From positions 14,491 through 78,490 of the forward strand of contig DATCBD010000055.1 of the NCBI GenBank assembly GCA_036512155.1: 64,000 nucleotides of DNA, written 5' to 3'. The notes under the pieces were generated by a model. It was not told where the DNA came from. It did not search any database and saw only the letters and a list, made by a program, of their open reading frames with translations. The translations under genes and the position numbers were made by a program. This document shows, one piece after another, positions 21,228 to 30,878 of this stretch; the first letter of the stretch is position 1; each line of letters opens with the position of its first letter. Source of the stretch: Gaiellaceae bacterium (GTDB lineage Bacteria; Actinomycetota; Thermoleophilia; Gaiellales; Gaiellaceae).

Positions 21228-23435
21228 GTGGTGACAGTGCAGACAGGAGAGCAGCATTTCGAGCTCCTGGAGGGGCTGCTCGCCGAGCTCGACGGGTACA
21301 GCGGCGAGCTCGATCGCGAGCTGATCGTCCGGGCGTTCACGTTCGCCGCGGCGGCGCACGAGGGGCAGCAGCGCCGCTCGGGCGAGCCGTTCATCATGCA
21401 CCCCGTCGGGGTGGCAACGATCTGCGCCGGTCTCCGTCTCGACGAGCAGACGATCGCCGCCGCGCTCCTGCACGACGTCGTCGAGGACACGAACACCGAG
21501 CTGTCGACCGTGCGCGACGAGTTCGGCGAGGAGATCGCGGCGCTCGTCGACGGCGTCACGAAGCTGACGCGCGTGCAGTTCCAGAGCCGCGAGCAAGCGG
21601 AGGCGGAGAACTACCGCAAGATGGTCGTCGCGATGGCGGCCGACGTGCGCGTCATCCTCGTCAAGCTCGCCGACCGTCTGCACAACCTGCGCACCATCGA
21701 GTACCTGGGGCGACAGAAGCAGGTGCAGAAGGCGAAGGAGGCGCTCGAGGTGTACGCGCCGCTCGCGCACCGTCTCGGCATCCACGCGATGAAGTGGGAG
21801 CTCGAGGATCTCTCGTTCCAGACGCTGCACCCGCGCAAGTTCGAGGAGATCAAGGCGATGGTCGCCGAGCGCCGCGCCGATCGCGAAGGGCACGTTGCCG
21901 AGGCTGCGGACGTGCTCCAGCGTGAGCTCGTGAAGGTCGACATTCCGGCGGAGATCTCCGGGCGCGCGAAGCACTTCTATTCCATCTACGACAAGATGGC
22001 GAAGCGCGGCCGCGAGTTCAACGAGATCTACGACCTCACTGCGATGCGCGTCACGGTCGAGCGCAGCGGGGAGGAGGGGACGCGCGACTGTTACGGCGCG
22101 CTCGGGCTCATCCACTCGTTGTGGAAGCCGATGCCGGGCCGCTTCAAGGACTACGTCGCGATGCCGAAGTTCAACGGCTATCGCTCGCTGCACACGACGG
22201 TGATCGGGCCCGAAGGGCGCCCACTCGAGATCCAGGTGCGCACGCGCGAGATGCACGAGACGGCGGAATACGGGATCGCTGCGCATTGGGCGTACAAGCG
22301 CGGCAAAGCGACGACTGCCGACGCCGAGTGGCTCAAGTGGGTGGAGCAGCTGATGGACATCCACGCCGACGAGACGGACTCGCGCGAGTTCGTGAAGTCG
22401 TTCCGCACCGATCTCTTTGACGAGGAGGTGTTCGTCTTCACGCCGAAGGGCGAGGTGAAGACGCTGCCCGCGGGCGCGACGCCGATCGACTTCGCGTATG
22501 CGGTGCACACGGACGTCGGCCACCGCACGGTCGGCGCGAAGGTGAACGGTCGCATCGTTCCGCTGCACTACAAGCTCGTGAACGGCGACCGGGTGGAGGT
22601 CCTCACGTCGAAGAGCGGGCGCGGGCCGTCACGCGATTGGCTGTCGCTCGTCGAGTCCTCGCGCGCGCGCAACAAGATCCGCCAGTTCTTCTCGCGCGAG
22701 CAGAAGGAGGATCTCGAGGCAAAGGGCCGCGAGACGCTCGAGCACGCGCTGAAGGGGCAGAACCTCCCGTATCGCAAGCTCGCCGGCTCGGCGGTGCTCG
22801 CAGGCGTCATCCGCGAGACCGGCTTCAAGAAGGCCGAGGAATTCTACGTCGCGCTCGGCTCCGGCAAGCTCACCGCCGGCAGCATCGTCAACAAGGTCTT
22901 GCAGAGGCTGAAGACGGACGAGGTCGCCGAGGAAGAGGCGGTCACCCCGCGCAAGCGGCCGAAGGCGCGCGACGCGCTCGCGAGCGAGACCTACGGCATC
23001 AAGGTCGTCGGCGTCGAGGACGTCCTCGTCCGGCTGGCGAAGTGCTGCACGCCGGTGCCCGGCGACCCGATCGTCGGCTACATCTCACTCGGCCGCGGGA
23101 TCACCATCCACCGCGAGGACTGTCCCAACGCGCGCGCACTCAAGCGCAACCCGGAGCGGTTCACGGCGGTGGAGTGGGAGGGCGGCACGACGCAGAGCTT
23201 CCGCGTCCAGATCGCGCTCGACTCGTGGGATCGCCCGCGGCTGCTCGAGGACGTCGCGCGGACGTTCGCCGAGCACGGCGCGAACATCGTCGCCTACGGC
23301 GGCACCGTCGAGGATCAGATGGCGCGCAACTGGTACGTCGCCGAGGTCGGCGAGGTGAAGGCGCTACGAGCGCTGCTGACGGCGCTCCGCAACGTTGAGG
23401 GCGTCTTCGACGCCTATCGCGTCACGCCGAGCTAG
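21228..23435 (+). CDS. relA: bifunctional (p)ppGpp synthetase/hydrolase
   Basis: HD domain (HDVVEDT), synthetase domain (YRSLHT), TGS and ACT regions. 735 aa. Confidence 0.95.
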   Translation: MVTVQTGEQHFELLEGLLAELDGYSGELDRELIVRAFTFAAAAHEGQQRRSGEPFIMHPVGVATICAGLRLDEQTIAAALLHDVVEDTNTELSTVRDEFGEEIAALVDGVTKLTRVQFQSREQAEAENYRKMVVAMAADVRVILVKLADRLHNLRTIEYLGRQKQVQKAKEALEVYAPLAHRLGIHAMKWELEDLSFQTLHPRKFEEIKAMVAERRADREGHVAEAADVLQRELVKVDIPAEISGRAKHFYSIYDKMAKRGREFNEIYDLTAMRVTVERSGEEGTRDCYGALGLIHSLWKPMPGRFKDYVAMPKFNGYRSLHTTVIGPEGRPLEIQVRTREMHETAEYGIAAHWAYKRGKATTADAEWLKWVEQLMDIHADETDSREFVKSFRTDLFDEEVFVFTPKGEVKTLPAGATPIDFAYAVHTDVGHRTVGAKVNGRIVPLHYKLVNGDRVEVLTSKSGRGPSRDWLSLVESSRARNKIRQFFSREQKEDLEAKGRETLEHALKGQNLPYRKLAGSAVLAGVIRETGFKKAEEFYVALGSGKLTAGSIVNKVLQRLKTDEVAEEEAVTPRKRPKARDALASETYGIKVVGVEDVLVRLAKCCTPVPGDPIVGYISLGRGITIHREDCPNARALKRNPERFTAVEWEGGTTQSFRVQIALDSWDRPRLLEDVARTFAEHGANIVAYGGTVEDQMARNWYVAEVGEVKALRALLTALRNVEGVFDAYRVTPS

Positions 23436-23438
23436 GGG

Positions 23439-24206
23439 ATGGGGCGCCTCGACGGCAAGGTTGCGATCGTCACCGGTGCCGGCCGCGGCATCGGCGAGGC
23501 GACCGCGCGACTGATGGCGCTCGAAGGCGCCTCGGTCGTCGTTGCTGACCTCAATAGGAGTGAAGCGGAGCGTGTGGCAGGCGAGCTCGAGACCGCCGTC
23601 GTGGCGGAGGTCGACGTGTCGGATGAGGAGAGCGTCATACGCATGATCGATACGGCGGTGGAGGCGTTCGGCGGGCTCGACGTGCTGCACAACAACGCGA
23701 CCGATTCAGCGACGAACGCGATCGACACCGACATCGTCACGCTCGACATGGCGATCTTCGACCGGCTCGTCGCCGTCAATCTCAAAGGGCAGTTCATGGG
23801 ATGCAAGCACGCAATCCCGCGCATGCTCGAACGCGGCGGCGGCGCGATCGTCAACACGGCGTCGGTCGACGGCTTCGTCGGGCGCGGCGTGCGGGCCGCG
23901 TACGGAGCCTCGAAAGCCGGCGTCGTGCTCTTGACGAAGTCGGTGGCATCGCAATACGGCGCGCGGGGCATCCGCTGCAACGCTGTCGCGCCGGGCCTTG
24001 TGCGCACGCCCGGGGCCGAGCTGCACGCGCCGCCGGGGTACGTCGAGGCGGCGGCGAAGCTGTATCCGATGCCGAGGCTCTGCCGCCCGGAGGACGTGGC
24101 AAAGGCTGTGGTCTTCCTCGCCTCGGACGACGCGGCCTACGTCAATGCAACGACGCTCATGGTGGACGGCGGCGCGACCGTCTACATGCCGAGCAGCCGC
24201 CTCTAG
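23439..24206 (+). CDS. SDR family oxidoreductase
   Basis: TGAGRGIGE, NNA, YGASKAG. Confidence 0.88.
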   Translation: MGRLDGKVAIVTGAGRGIGEATARLMALEGASVVVADLNRSEAERVAGELETAVVAEVDVSDEESVIRMIDTAVEAFGGLDVLHNNATDSATNAIDTDIVTLDMAIFDRLVAVNLKGQFMGCKHAIPRMLERGGGAIVNTASVDGFVGRGVRAAYGASKAGVVLLTKSVASQYGARGIRCNAVAPGLVRTPGAELHAPPGYVEAAAKLYPMPRLCRPEDVAKAVVFLASDDAAYVNATTLMVDGGATVYMPSSRL

Positions 24207-24227
24207 GGCGTCACGCCGTCCTGACAT

Positions 24228-24319
24228 TTTCGTAACAGGGCCTGGCCCCGGCCGTGTCGGTTTGGGACAAGACTCGTGCTCACGGGGGCCTAAGGCAGGG
24301 GTCTGGCCCCGCTACGAAA
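24228..24319. terminator. imperfect 22-bp inverted repeat between convergent genes
   Basis: TTTCGTAACAGGGCCTGGCCCC (24228..24249) matches the reverse complement of 24298..24319 at 18/22. It lies between two stop codons. Confidence 0.45.
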
Positions 24320-24322
24320 GCG

Positions 24323-24622
24323 TCACGGAACCCAGGTCTCGCCGCCGGTGTCCCAGCCGACGAGGCAGAGGTCGGCGATTTCTGCCGCCACCTGCTCGAG
24401 GTGCGCGCGGTCGACGTCGCCGTCCGCGGCGAGCTCGGCGACGCGCTCGCCCTTCCACGTCACGGGGACGCTCACGCGCCGCGCGTCGTCCGCGGCGCCC
24501 GCCTGAGGCCCGAGCACAAGCTCGCCTTCCTCGACGAAGAAGATCCCCGCCCATGTGCAGCCGTCGCCCGCGGCGAGCGTCGCGACCGTCTGCCGCAGGA
24601 CGTCGTCCGCGTCAGCGGACAC
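24323..24622 (-). CDS. small GAF-like domain protein
   Basis: ORF 24323..24664. I placed the start at GTG 24622. The pattern LRQTVATL...WAGIFFVEEGELVLGP resembles short GAF proteins. Confidence 0.45.
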   Translation of the reverse strand: MSADADDVLRQTVATLAAGDGCTWAGIFFVEEGELVLGPQAGAADDARRVSVPVTWKGERVAELAADGDVDRAHLEQVAAEIADLCLVGWDTGGETWVP

Positions 24623-25016
24623 CGAGCCGCGCCTTGTAGTCGTCTGGGATCGGCAGCGCCACACGCTTGGCGAGGTCGACGTAGACCAACGTCTGATGCG
24701 CGGTGACCATCAACGTCGCCTCGGGGAGCTTGTGCGCAGCGAACTCGTACGTGATGCTCGTCCGCCCGAGTCGCGCGACGCGCACGTGAATCTCGAGCTC
24801 GTCGTCGAAGCGCGCGGGCGCGAAGTACTCGACGTCGTTCGCGCGCATCACGAACTCGCCGGCGCTCTCGTACCGCAGTAGGCCGACAGAGCGGAGGTAC
24901 TCGACGCGCGCCAGGTCGAAATACGGGTTGTAGCGCCCGTAGTAGACGATCCCCTGCGCATCCGTGTCGGAGAAGCCGACACGCGTCCGCGCGGTGAACG
25001 CGTACTCGTCCGTCAC
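24612..25016 (-). CDS. 4HBT/YbgC-type acyl-CoA thioesterase
   Basis: Hot-dog thioesterase N-terminal motif RVGFSDTDAQGIVYYGRY. Confidence 0.85.
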   Translation of the reverse strand: MTDEYAFTARTRVGFSDTDAQGIVYYGRYNPYFDLARVEYLRSVGLLRYESAGEFVMRANDVEYFAPARFDDELEIHVRVARLGRTSITYEFAAHKLPEATLMVTAHQTLVYVDLAKRVALPIPDDYKARLGVR

Positions 25017-26359
25017 GATCGGATCAACGAGAGCACCTCGTCGCGCTTCTGCTCCATGAGCTCCTGCGAGCGCGCCTCGAGGTTCAGGCGCAGCAGCGGT
25101 TCCGTGTTCGACGGCCGCACGTTGAAGTGCCAGTCCGGGCCGTCGACGGAGACGCCGTCGAGGTGCGAGATCTTCGCCTCGCCCGCGTACCGCTCCTTGA
25201 TCTCCTGCAGCTTGAGCGCGACGTCCCCGACCGGTGTGTTCAGCTCGCCGGTGATGAAGAACGTCTTCCGGAACGGCGCGAGGATCTCAGACAGCTTCTG
25301 GCCTCTGCGCGAGATCAGCTCGAGCATGAGCAGGAACGGGACGACCCCCGTATCGGCCTGCGAGAAGTCGCGGAAGTAGTAGTGGCCCGAGACCTCGCCG
25401 CCGAACGCGGCGTGATCCTTGCGCATGCGCGCCTTGATGAACGCGTGACCGACGCGATTCATGAGCGGAACGCCGCCGAGGCGCTCGATCGTCTCCGGCA
25501 CCGCCCAGCTCGCGCGTACGTCGTAGATGATCTTCGCGCCCGGCTCCTTCGCGAGCACGAGCTCGGCGAAGAGCGCGGTGACGAAGTCCCCCGGGACGAA
25601 CTCGCCCGTGTCGTCGACGAAGAAGCATCGATCGGCGTCCCCGTCGAACGCGACGCCCAGGTCGGCGCCCTCGTCGAGCGTCTTGCCGACGATGAACTCG
25701 CGGTTCTCCGGGAGCAGCGGGTTCGGCTCGTGGTTCGGGAACGATCCGTCCGGCTCGAAGAAGCAGCGCACCGCCTCGACGGTCGGTAGCCGGTCGAGCA
25801 CGGGCGGGAGCATCGCGCCGGCCATCCCGTTCGCGGCGTCGATCACGACTTTCAGCGGCCGCAACGCGGACGGGTCGATAAAGGACATCACCCGATCGAC
25901 GTACGCAGGCCAGATGTCGTATTCCGTCACCGGCCCTGCGGGACCCGAGGGGGGCCAGCCCCCGGCGACGGCTCGGTCGCGCACGTCCAGCAGGCCGGAC
26001 TCGCCGCCGACGGGCAGCGCCCCGCGCCGCACAATCTTCATGCCCGTGTACTGCTTCGGGTTGTGCGAGGCAGTGACGGTGAGGCCGCCGTCGAGCCCCA
26101 GCTCGCCGACCGCGAAATAGAGCATCTCCGTCCCGATCATCCCGAGGTCGAGCACCTCGGCGCCGCCGTCGGCCACGCCGCGGATCGCCGCCGCCGCCAT
26201 CGCCGGGCTCGAGAGGCGCATGTCACGGCCGACGGCGAAGCGCTTCGGCTCGAACTGCTGCACCACCGCGCGGCCGATCGCGTACGCGCCTTCCTCGTCC
26301 AACTCGGAGGGGTAGAGCCCGCGCACGTCGTACGCCTTGAAGATCTTCGGATCGAGCAT
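25013..26359 (-). CDS. phosphomannomutase/phosphoglucomutase
   Basis: Phosphoserine loop TASHNP, Mg loop FDGDADR, sugar-binding GGEVSGH. Confidence 0.92.
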   Translation of the reverse strand: MLDPKIFKAYDVRGLYPSELDEEGAYAIGRAVVQQFEPKRFAVGRDMRLSSPAMAAAAIRGVADGGAEVLDLGMIGTEMLYFAVGELGLDGGLTVTASHNPKQYTGMKIVRRGALPVGGESGLLDVRDRAVAGGWPPSGPAGPVTEYDIWPAYVDRVMSFIDPSALRPLKVVIDAANGMAGAMLPPVLDRLPTVEAVRCFFEPDGSFPNHEPNPLLPENREFIVGKTLDEGADLGVAFDGDADRCFFVDDTGEFVPGDFVTALFAELVLAKEPGAKIIYDVRASWAVPETIERLGGVPLMNRVGHAFIKARMRKDHAAFGGEVSGHYYFRDFSQADTGVVPFLLMLELISRRGQKLSEILAPFRKTFFITGELNTPVGDVALKLQEIKERYAGEAKISHLDGVSVDGPDWHFNVRPSNTEPLLRLNLEARSQELMEQKRDEVLSLIRS

Positions 26360-26395
26360 CCCGCGGCGATCCTAGCCACGTAGCGCCCAACTACC

Positions 26396-29341
26396 ATGAA
26401 GGGCATGGAGCGCAAGCTCGCCACCGTCCTTTTCGTCGACCTCGTCGACTCGACCGAGCGGCTCGCCGGCCGCGATCCGGAGGTCGTGCGGCGCCAAGTC
26501 ACGCGCTTCTTCGACGAGGTCGCGCACTGCATCGTCACGCACGGCGGCACGGTGGAGAAGTTCGCCGGCGACGCGGTCATGGCCGCCTTCGGCATTCCGC
26601 TCGCGCACGAGGACGACGCCGAGCGCGCCGTGCGCGCCGGCCTCGCGACGCTCGCCAAGGTGCGGGAGCTCGACCTCCAGGCCCGCGTCGGAATCGAGTC
26701 CGGCGAGGTCGTCTCCGAGGACGGGCACGACTCGACCTTCGCCACCGGCGAGCCCGTCAACCTCGCAGCGCGCCTGCAGCAGGAGGCGAAGCCGGGCGAG
26801 ATCCTCATCGGGCCGGGCACCGCCAGCCTCGTCCGCGGACGGGTGGAGCTCGAGCCGCTGGAGCCTCGCGACATCCGAGGCTTCGGACAGCCCGTCGTGG
26901 CGCACCGCGTCGTGTGCGCGATCGAGCTCGGCCGCCCGCTCCGCTCCCTCGCGGCGCCGCTCGTCGGGCGCGACTCGGAGCTCGAGCTACTCGAGAACAC
27001 CTTCGCGCGCACGGTTCGAGACAAGCGCGCGACGCTTCTCACCATCTACGGCGACCCGGGCGTGGGGAAGAGTCGCCTCGCGCGCGAGTTCGTCTCCGGG
27101 CTCGACCGCGCCAACGTGCTCTCCGGCCGGTGCCTGCCGTACGGGGAGGGGGTCACGTACTGGCCGCTCGCCGAGATGGTGAAGTCATCTGCCGGCATCA
27201 CCGACGACGACCCGCTCGACGAGGCGCAGCGGAAGATCCGTGAGTGCTGCGAGGACGAAGCCGTCGCCGACCTGCTCGGGCTCGCCGTCGGCGTGCTCGA
27301 AGCGGTCGAGGGCGAGCGCAGCCAGCAGGAGATCACGTGGGCGGCACGCGCGTGGGCGGAGCAGCTTGCCGCGGCGCAGCCGCTCGTGCTCGTCTTCGAG
27401 GACGTGCACTGGGGCGAGGAGCCGTTGCTCGAGCTGATCGAGCATCTTGCCGCCTGGGTGCGCGAGCAGCCGCTGCTCCTGCTCTGCATTGCGCGGCCGG
27501 AGCTGCTCGACGTTCGCCCGGCGTGGGGCGGCGGACGCGTGCGGTCGACGACGCTCGAGCTCGAGCCGCTTCAGCCCGAGGAGAGCGCCGAGCTCGTCGC
27601 CGCGCTCACCGCAGAGCTCGAGCTGCCGGTCGACATCGCGGCGGTGCTCGCGAAGAGCGAGGGCAACCCGCTGTTCGTCGAGGAGACGATCCGCATGCTT
27701 GCGGAGCGTCCGCGTGACGGCGCCGAGCGCATTCCGGACACGCTGCAGGCACTGATCGCCGCCCGCATCGACCGCCTGCCAGGCGCCGAGCGCGTGCTGC
27801 TCCAGCGCGCGGCCGCGATGGGACGCATCTTCATGGCGGGTGCCCTCGCACAGCTTTCGCCCGAGCTGGACGACGTGAGCGACCCGCTCGACGGCTTGAT
27901 CCTGCGCGACCTGATCGTGCGCGAGCCGCGCGCGACAATCAGCGGCGAGCAGGCGTACAAGTTCCGCCACGTGCTCATCCGCGAGGTGGCCTACGCCGGT
28001 CTCTCGAAAATGTCACGCGCAGAGCTGCACCGCGCGTTCGCCGGTTGGCTCAAGGAGCGCGCGGGGGACGAGCTCGTCGAGATCCGCGCGTTCCATCTCG
28101 ACCAGGCTGCGCGACTCCTCGCAGAGCTCGACGGCTCTGCGCCGCCGGACCTGAGCGAGGAGGCTGCTTCGGCGCTGACGCACGCGGGACGGCGCGCGCT
28201 TTCGCGTGAGGCATTCCGGAGCGCCCGCAAACTGCTCTTGCGCGCTGCCGAGCTGGCGCCGACACTCGAGCGGCGCTACTTCGCCGGCCGGGCTGCGTGG
28301 CGGCTGGGGGACATGACGGCGGTGATCGTAGAGATGGAGGACGTCGCGGCGGTGGCGGCCTCGCACGGCGAGCGCCAGCTCCAAGGCCGGGCGCTGACCG
28401 CGCTGGCCGAAGCGGTGCTCAACCAGCGCGCCGACGCGATCGCCGCGCGAGAGCTCGCCGAGCAGGCGATCGCGGTGCTCGCGGACGAGCCGCCCGACAT
28501 CCGATTCGAGGCATTCCGCGCGGCGACGACCGTGGCGGCTTGGCTCAGCGACGGCGAGTCGTTCGAGCGCTGGGCGAAGCTCGCGCTCGAGGCGTCGCGC
28601 GCGGCCGAGCGCAAGGACCAGGAGGTGGCGATCACCATTGGTCTCGCCCAGACCTACATCCTGCGGCTCGAGCTCGACGAGGCAGAGCCGCTCGTCGAAC
28701 GCGTCGCCGAGCTCGCAGAGGAGAGCGGCAGCGTCGTCGGCCGAGCCGACGCGCTGCTCGCGCGCGGCACGTTGGAAAACTGGCGCGGCAACGAGGCCGT
28801 GGCCGAGGCCGCCTTCACGGGCGCGCGCGAGCTCTACCACGAGGTGGGAAACACGGCCGCCGAGTCGGCCATGTCGATGCAGATCGCCCGCTGCGCGATG
28901 GTGCTCGGCGACTTCGCGCGCGCGGAGAAGCTGCTCGCGGACGCGGTGCGCACGATGAAGGGACTGAACGACCGCGCGAGGCTATGCGAGGCGCAGCGTT
29001 CGCTCGCCGAGGTCTACGTCCACGGCGGCAGGCTCGAGGAAGCGGAGCGCGTCGCGCTCGAAGCGCGCGAGTCGGTCGGCCCAGAGGACCGTGTCTCCAT
29101 CTCCACCACCAAGATCTCGCTCGCGGCGGTGCGCGCCGCGCAAGGCCGCGACGAGGAGGCGGAGCATCTGCTGCGCGAAAGCGTCGACGAGCTCGAGCGG
29201 CTGCAGATGCGCGCGATCGAGCGCTGGGCCCTCCGCCGGCTCGTCGCGTTCTATGCCGAGCGTGACCGCGAGGACGAGGCGATCGGCTACGAGGCGCGGC
29301 TCGCCGAGCTCTCGCCGAGCAGCACCGCGCGGATGGCCTGA
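26396..29341 (+). CDS. class III adenylate/guanylate cyclase fused to a STAND-type AAA ATPase and a TPR-like helical domain
   Basis: N-terminal cyclase motifs ATVLFVDLVDST and FAGDAVMAAFG. Walker A GDPGVGKS. The ~550-aa helical C-terminus has no LuxR HTH. Confidence 0.85.
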   Translation: MKGMERKLATVLFVDLVDSTERLAGRDPEVVRRQVTRFFDEVAHCIVTHGGTVEKFAGDAVMAAFGIPLAHEDDAERAVRAGLATLAKVRELDLQARVGIESGEVVSEDGHDSTFATGEPVNLAARLQQEAKPGEILIGPGTASLVRGRVELEPLEPRDIRGFGQPVVAHRVVCAIELGRPLRSLAAPLVGRDSELELLENTFARTVRDKRATLLTIYGDPGVGKSRLAREFVSGLDRANVLSGRCLPYGEGVTYWPLAEMVKSSAGITDDDPLDEAQRKIRECCEDEAVADLLGLAVGVLEAVEGERSQQEITWAARAWAEQLAAAQPLVLVFEDVHWGEEPLLELIEHLAAWVREQPLLLLCIARPELLDVRPAWGGGRVRSTTLELEPLQPEESAELVAALTAELELPVDIAAVLAKSEGNPLFVEETIRMLAERPRDGAERIPDTLQALIAARIDRLPGAERVLLQRAAAMGRIFMAGALAQLSPELDDVSDPLDGLILRDLIVREPRATISGEQAYKFRHVLIREVAYAGLSKMSRAELHRAFAGWLKERAGDELVEIRAFHLDQAARLLAELDGSAPPDLSEEAASALTHAGRRALSREAFRSARKLLLRAAELAPTLERRYFAGRAAWRLGDMTAVIVEMEDVAAVAASHGERQLQGRALTALAEAVLNQRADAIAARELAEQAIAVLADEPPDIRFEAFRAATTVAAWLSDGESFERWAKLALEASRAAERKDQEVAITIGLAQTYILRLELDEAEPLVERVAELAEESGSVVGRADALLARGTLENWRGNEAVAEAAFTGARELYHEVGNTAAESAMSMQIARCAMVLGDFARAEKLLADAVRTMKGLNDRARLCEAQRSLAEVYVHGGRLEEAERVALEARESVGPEDRVSISTTKISLAAVRAAQGRDEEAEHLLRESVDELERLQMRAIERWALRRLVAFYAERDREDEAIGYEARLAELSPSSTARMA

Positions 29342-30123
29342 GTCGACTCGACGTCGGGCGACTCGCTGATCACTGTCGCAGGCCGCTCGAAGCGGGCGAG
29401 CGCGTCACGCAGCGGCTCCGCGCGCAACGTCCCTTCGCCGTACGGCAGATGCTTCGTCTCGTTTCGGTTCGCGTAGGCGATATCGCTGAAGTGGATGTGG
29501 AACGGTGCACCCGGTTCGAGCACGTCGTCGACCGCTTCGAGCGCGGCGGCGAACGGGTCGACGCCGACGAAGCCGCCGTCGCTCGTCGCGTGCATGTGCG
29601 CGAAGTCGAGCACGGGGCGGACCCAGCCGAGCTGCGACGCGATGAAGACGACGTCCTCGAGCGATCCGATCTCGCGCACGCGGCCCATCACCTCGACGCC
29701 GAACGGCACGGCGCGCCCCTTCTCCTCCAGCCGCGCGCGCAGCTCGCCCAGCTGTTCGACGATCGAGAGGAGCGCTTCCTCGCGCGTGCGGCCGAGCAGG
29801 AAGCCGGGATGGAACACGACGACCTCTGCGCCGCAGGCGGCGGCGATACCGGCCGAGTGGTCGAGCATGCCGATCGCCATGTTCAGCTTCTTGCCGCGTT
29901 CCGCGTGTCCCATGAAGCCCGCGAGCGGCGCATGGACGGAGAGCGCGACACCGGCGTCCCGCGCGAGCGCGCCGAGCCGCTCGGCGAACCCGTAGTCCAT
30001 CCAGAACTTCCCCTCGAAGTCGATCTCACAGGCGGTCAACCCGCGCGCCTGGAGCGCGTCGATCGCGGCCTCGGGGCTCTCGCGGGAGGGCATTCGTGCC
30101 GGTCCGAACTTGATTGCGCCCAT
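29287..30123 (-). CDS. xylose-isomerase-like / AP-endonuclease-2 family TIM-barrel protein
   Basis: 3' part of ORF 29287..30858, starting at ATG 30123. Motifs SVHAP, VVFHPG, VEVMG, DFAHMHA, HIHFSD. Confidence 0.7.
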   Translation of the reverse strand: MGAIKFGPARMPSRESPEAAIDALQARGLTACEIDFEGKFWMDYGFAERLGALARDAGVALSVHAPLAGFMGHAERGKKLNMAIGMLDHSAGIAAACGAEVVVFHPGFLLGRTREEALLSIVEQLGELRARLEEKGRAVPFGVEVMGRVREIGSLEDVVFIASQLGWVRPVLDFAHMHATSDGGFVGVDPFAAALEAVDDVLEPGAPFHIHFSDIAYANRNETKHLPYGEGTLRAEPLRDALARFERPATVISESPDVESTQAIRAVLLGESSASRAS

Positions 30124-30153
30124 TCCGTCCGACGCAGTTTCTACCTTTTCGGC

Positions 30154-30396
30154 ATGGCCAAGCACCCGTCGCGGATCGACCTTCTGGAGCTGGACATCGA
30201 CCTCCGGCTGGTCGACCTTTGGCGCGAGGCGTCCGACATCTCGGAGTGGAACCTCGACGTCGTGGCCGCGTTCCTCCGCGCCGCGTACGGCAAGGGTTAC
30301 TGCGACGCGCTCACCGAGGACGCTCCTGGCTCCCTTTGTCACGATCATGGCTATCGGGTGCCGGCCCGGCGCGTCACTGCAGGCGAGCAGCACTAG
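30154..30396 (+). CDS. small hypothetical protein (80 aa)
   Basis: In-frame ATG inside shadow ORF 29449..30396. High GC3 over the first ~55 codons. No homology recognised. Confidence 0.4.
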   Translation: MAKHPSRIDLLELDIDLRLVDLWREASDISEWNLDVVAAFLRAAYGKGYCDALTEDAPGSLCHDHGYRVPARRVTAGEQH

Positions 30397-30417
30397 CGCC
30401 CCGATACGATCCCGGGC

Positions 30418-30819
30418 GTGAAGCGGAGCCCTGCTCGCCTGGTGATCGCGCTCTCCGTGGCAGCCGTGCTCGCCGTCTTCATCCTGTACACGTCGATCGC
30501 GGGCGCGGGCACGCCGGAGATCGGTCCGAGCACCGTCGGCCAGCACGTCGGCGAGGACGTTCTCCTCGTCGGGACCGTCGTCGGACACGTCGGCGGCAAC
30601 GCGCACGCAGGCGGCATGCGCTTCCTGCTCAAGGACGACCACGGCGCCGCAGTTGCACGCACGCGCGTTCTCTACTCGGGCAGCGTCCCCGACCTGTTCC
30701 GGACGGGCCGGCAGATCGTCGTCGAAGGCACGCTCCGGAACGGAACGTTCGTCGCGAAGCCGGGATCGCTCGTGACGAAGTGCCCGTCGAAGTACACGCC
30801 TGCGAAGTCGAACGCCTAG
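30418..30819 (+). CDS. ccmE: cytochrome c maturation heme chaperone CcmE, CxxxY variant
   Basis: N-terminal TM anchor. The OB-fold region YSGSVPDLFRTGRQIVVEGTL parallels E. coli [21 protein letters not shown]. The C-terminal LVTKCPSKYTP aligns with VLAKHDENYTP, so the heme-binding His is replaced by Cys122. Confidence 0.85.
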   Translation: MKRSPARLVIALSVAAVLAVFILYTSIAGAGTPEIGPSTVGQHVGEDVLLVGTVVGHVGGNAHAGGMRFLLKDDHGAAVARTRVLYSGSVPDLFRTGRQIVVEGTLRNGTFVAKPGSLVTKCPSKYTPAKSNA

Positions 30820-30878
30820 AGGCAGGCCGCAGTGCTTCGAGGCGTACTCACTCCACAATCAACCTTGGACGCGTAGCG

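Noticed and set aside
30114-30878. The 255-codon N-terminal extension of the ccmF ORF.
   Set aside because: It overlaps the small ORF and ccmE in other frames, is Arg/Pro-rich, and CcmF homology begins only near 30860.
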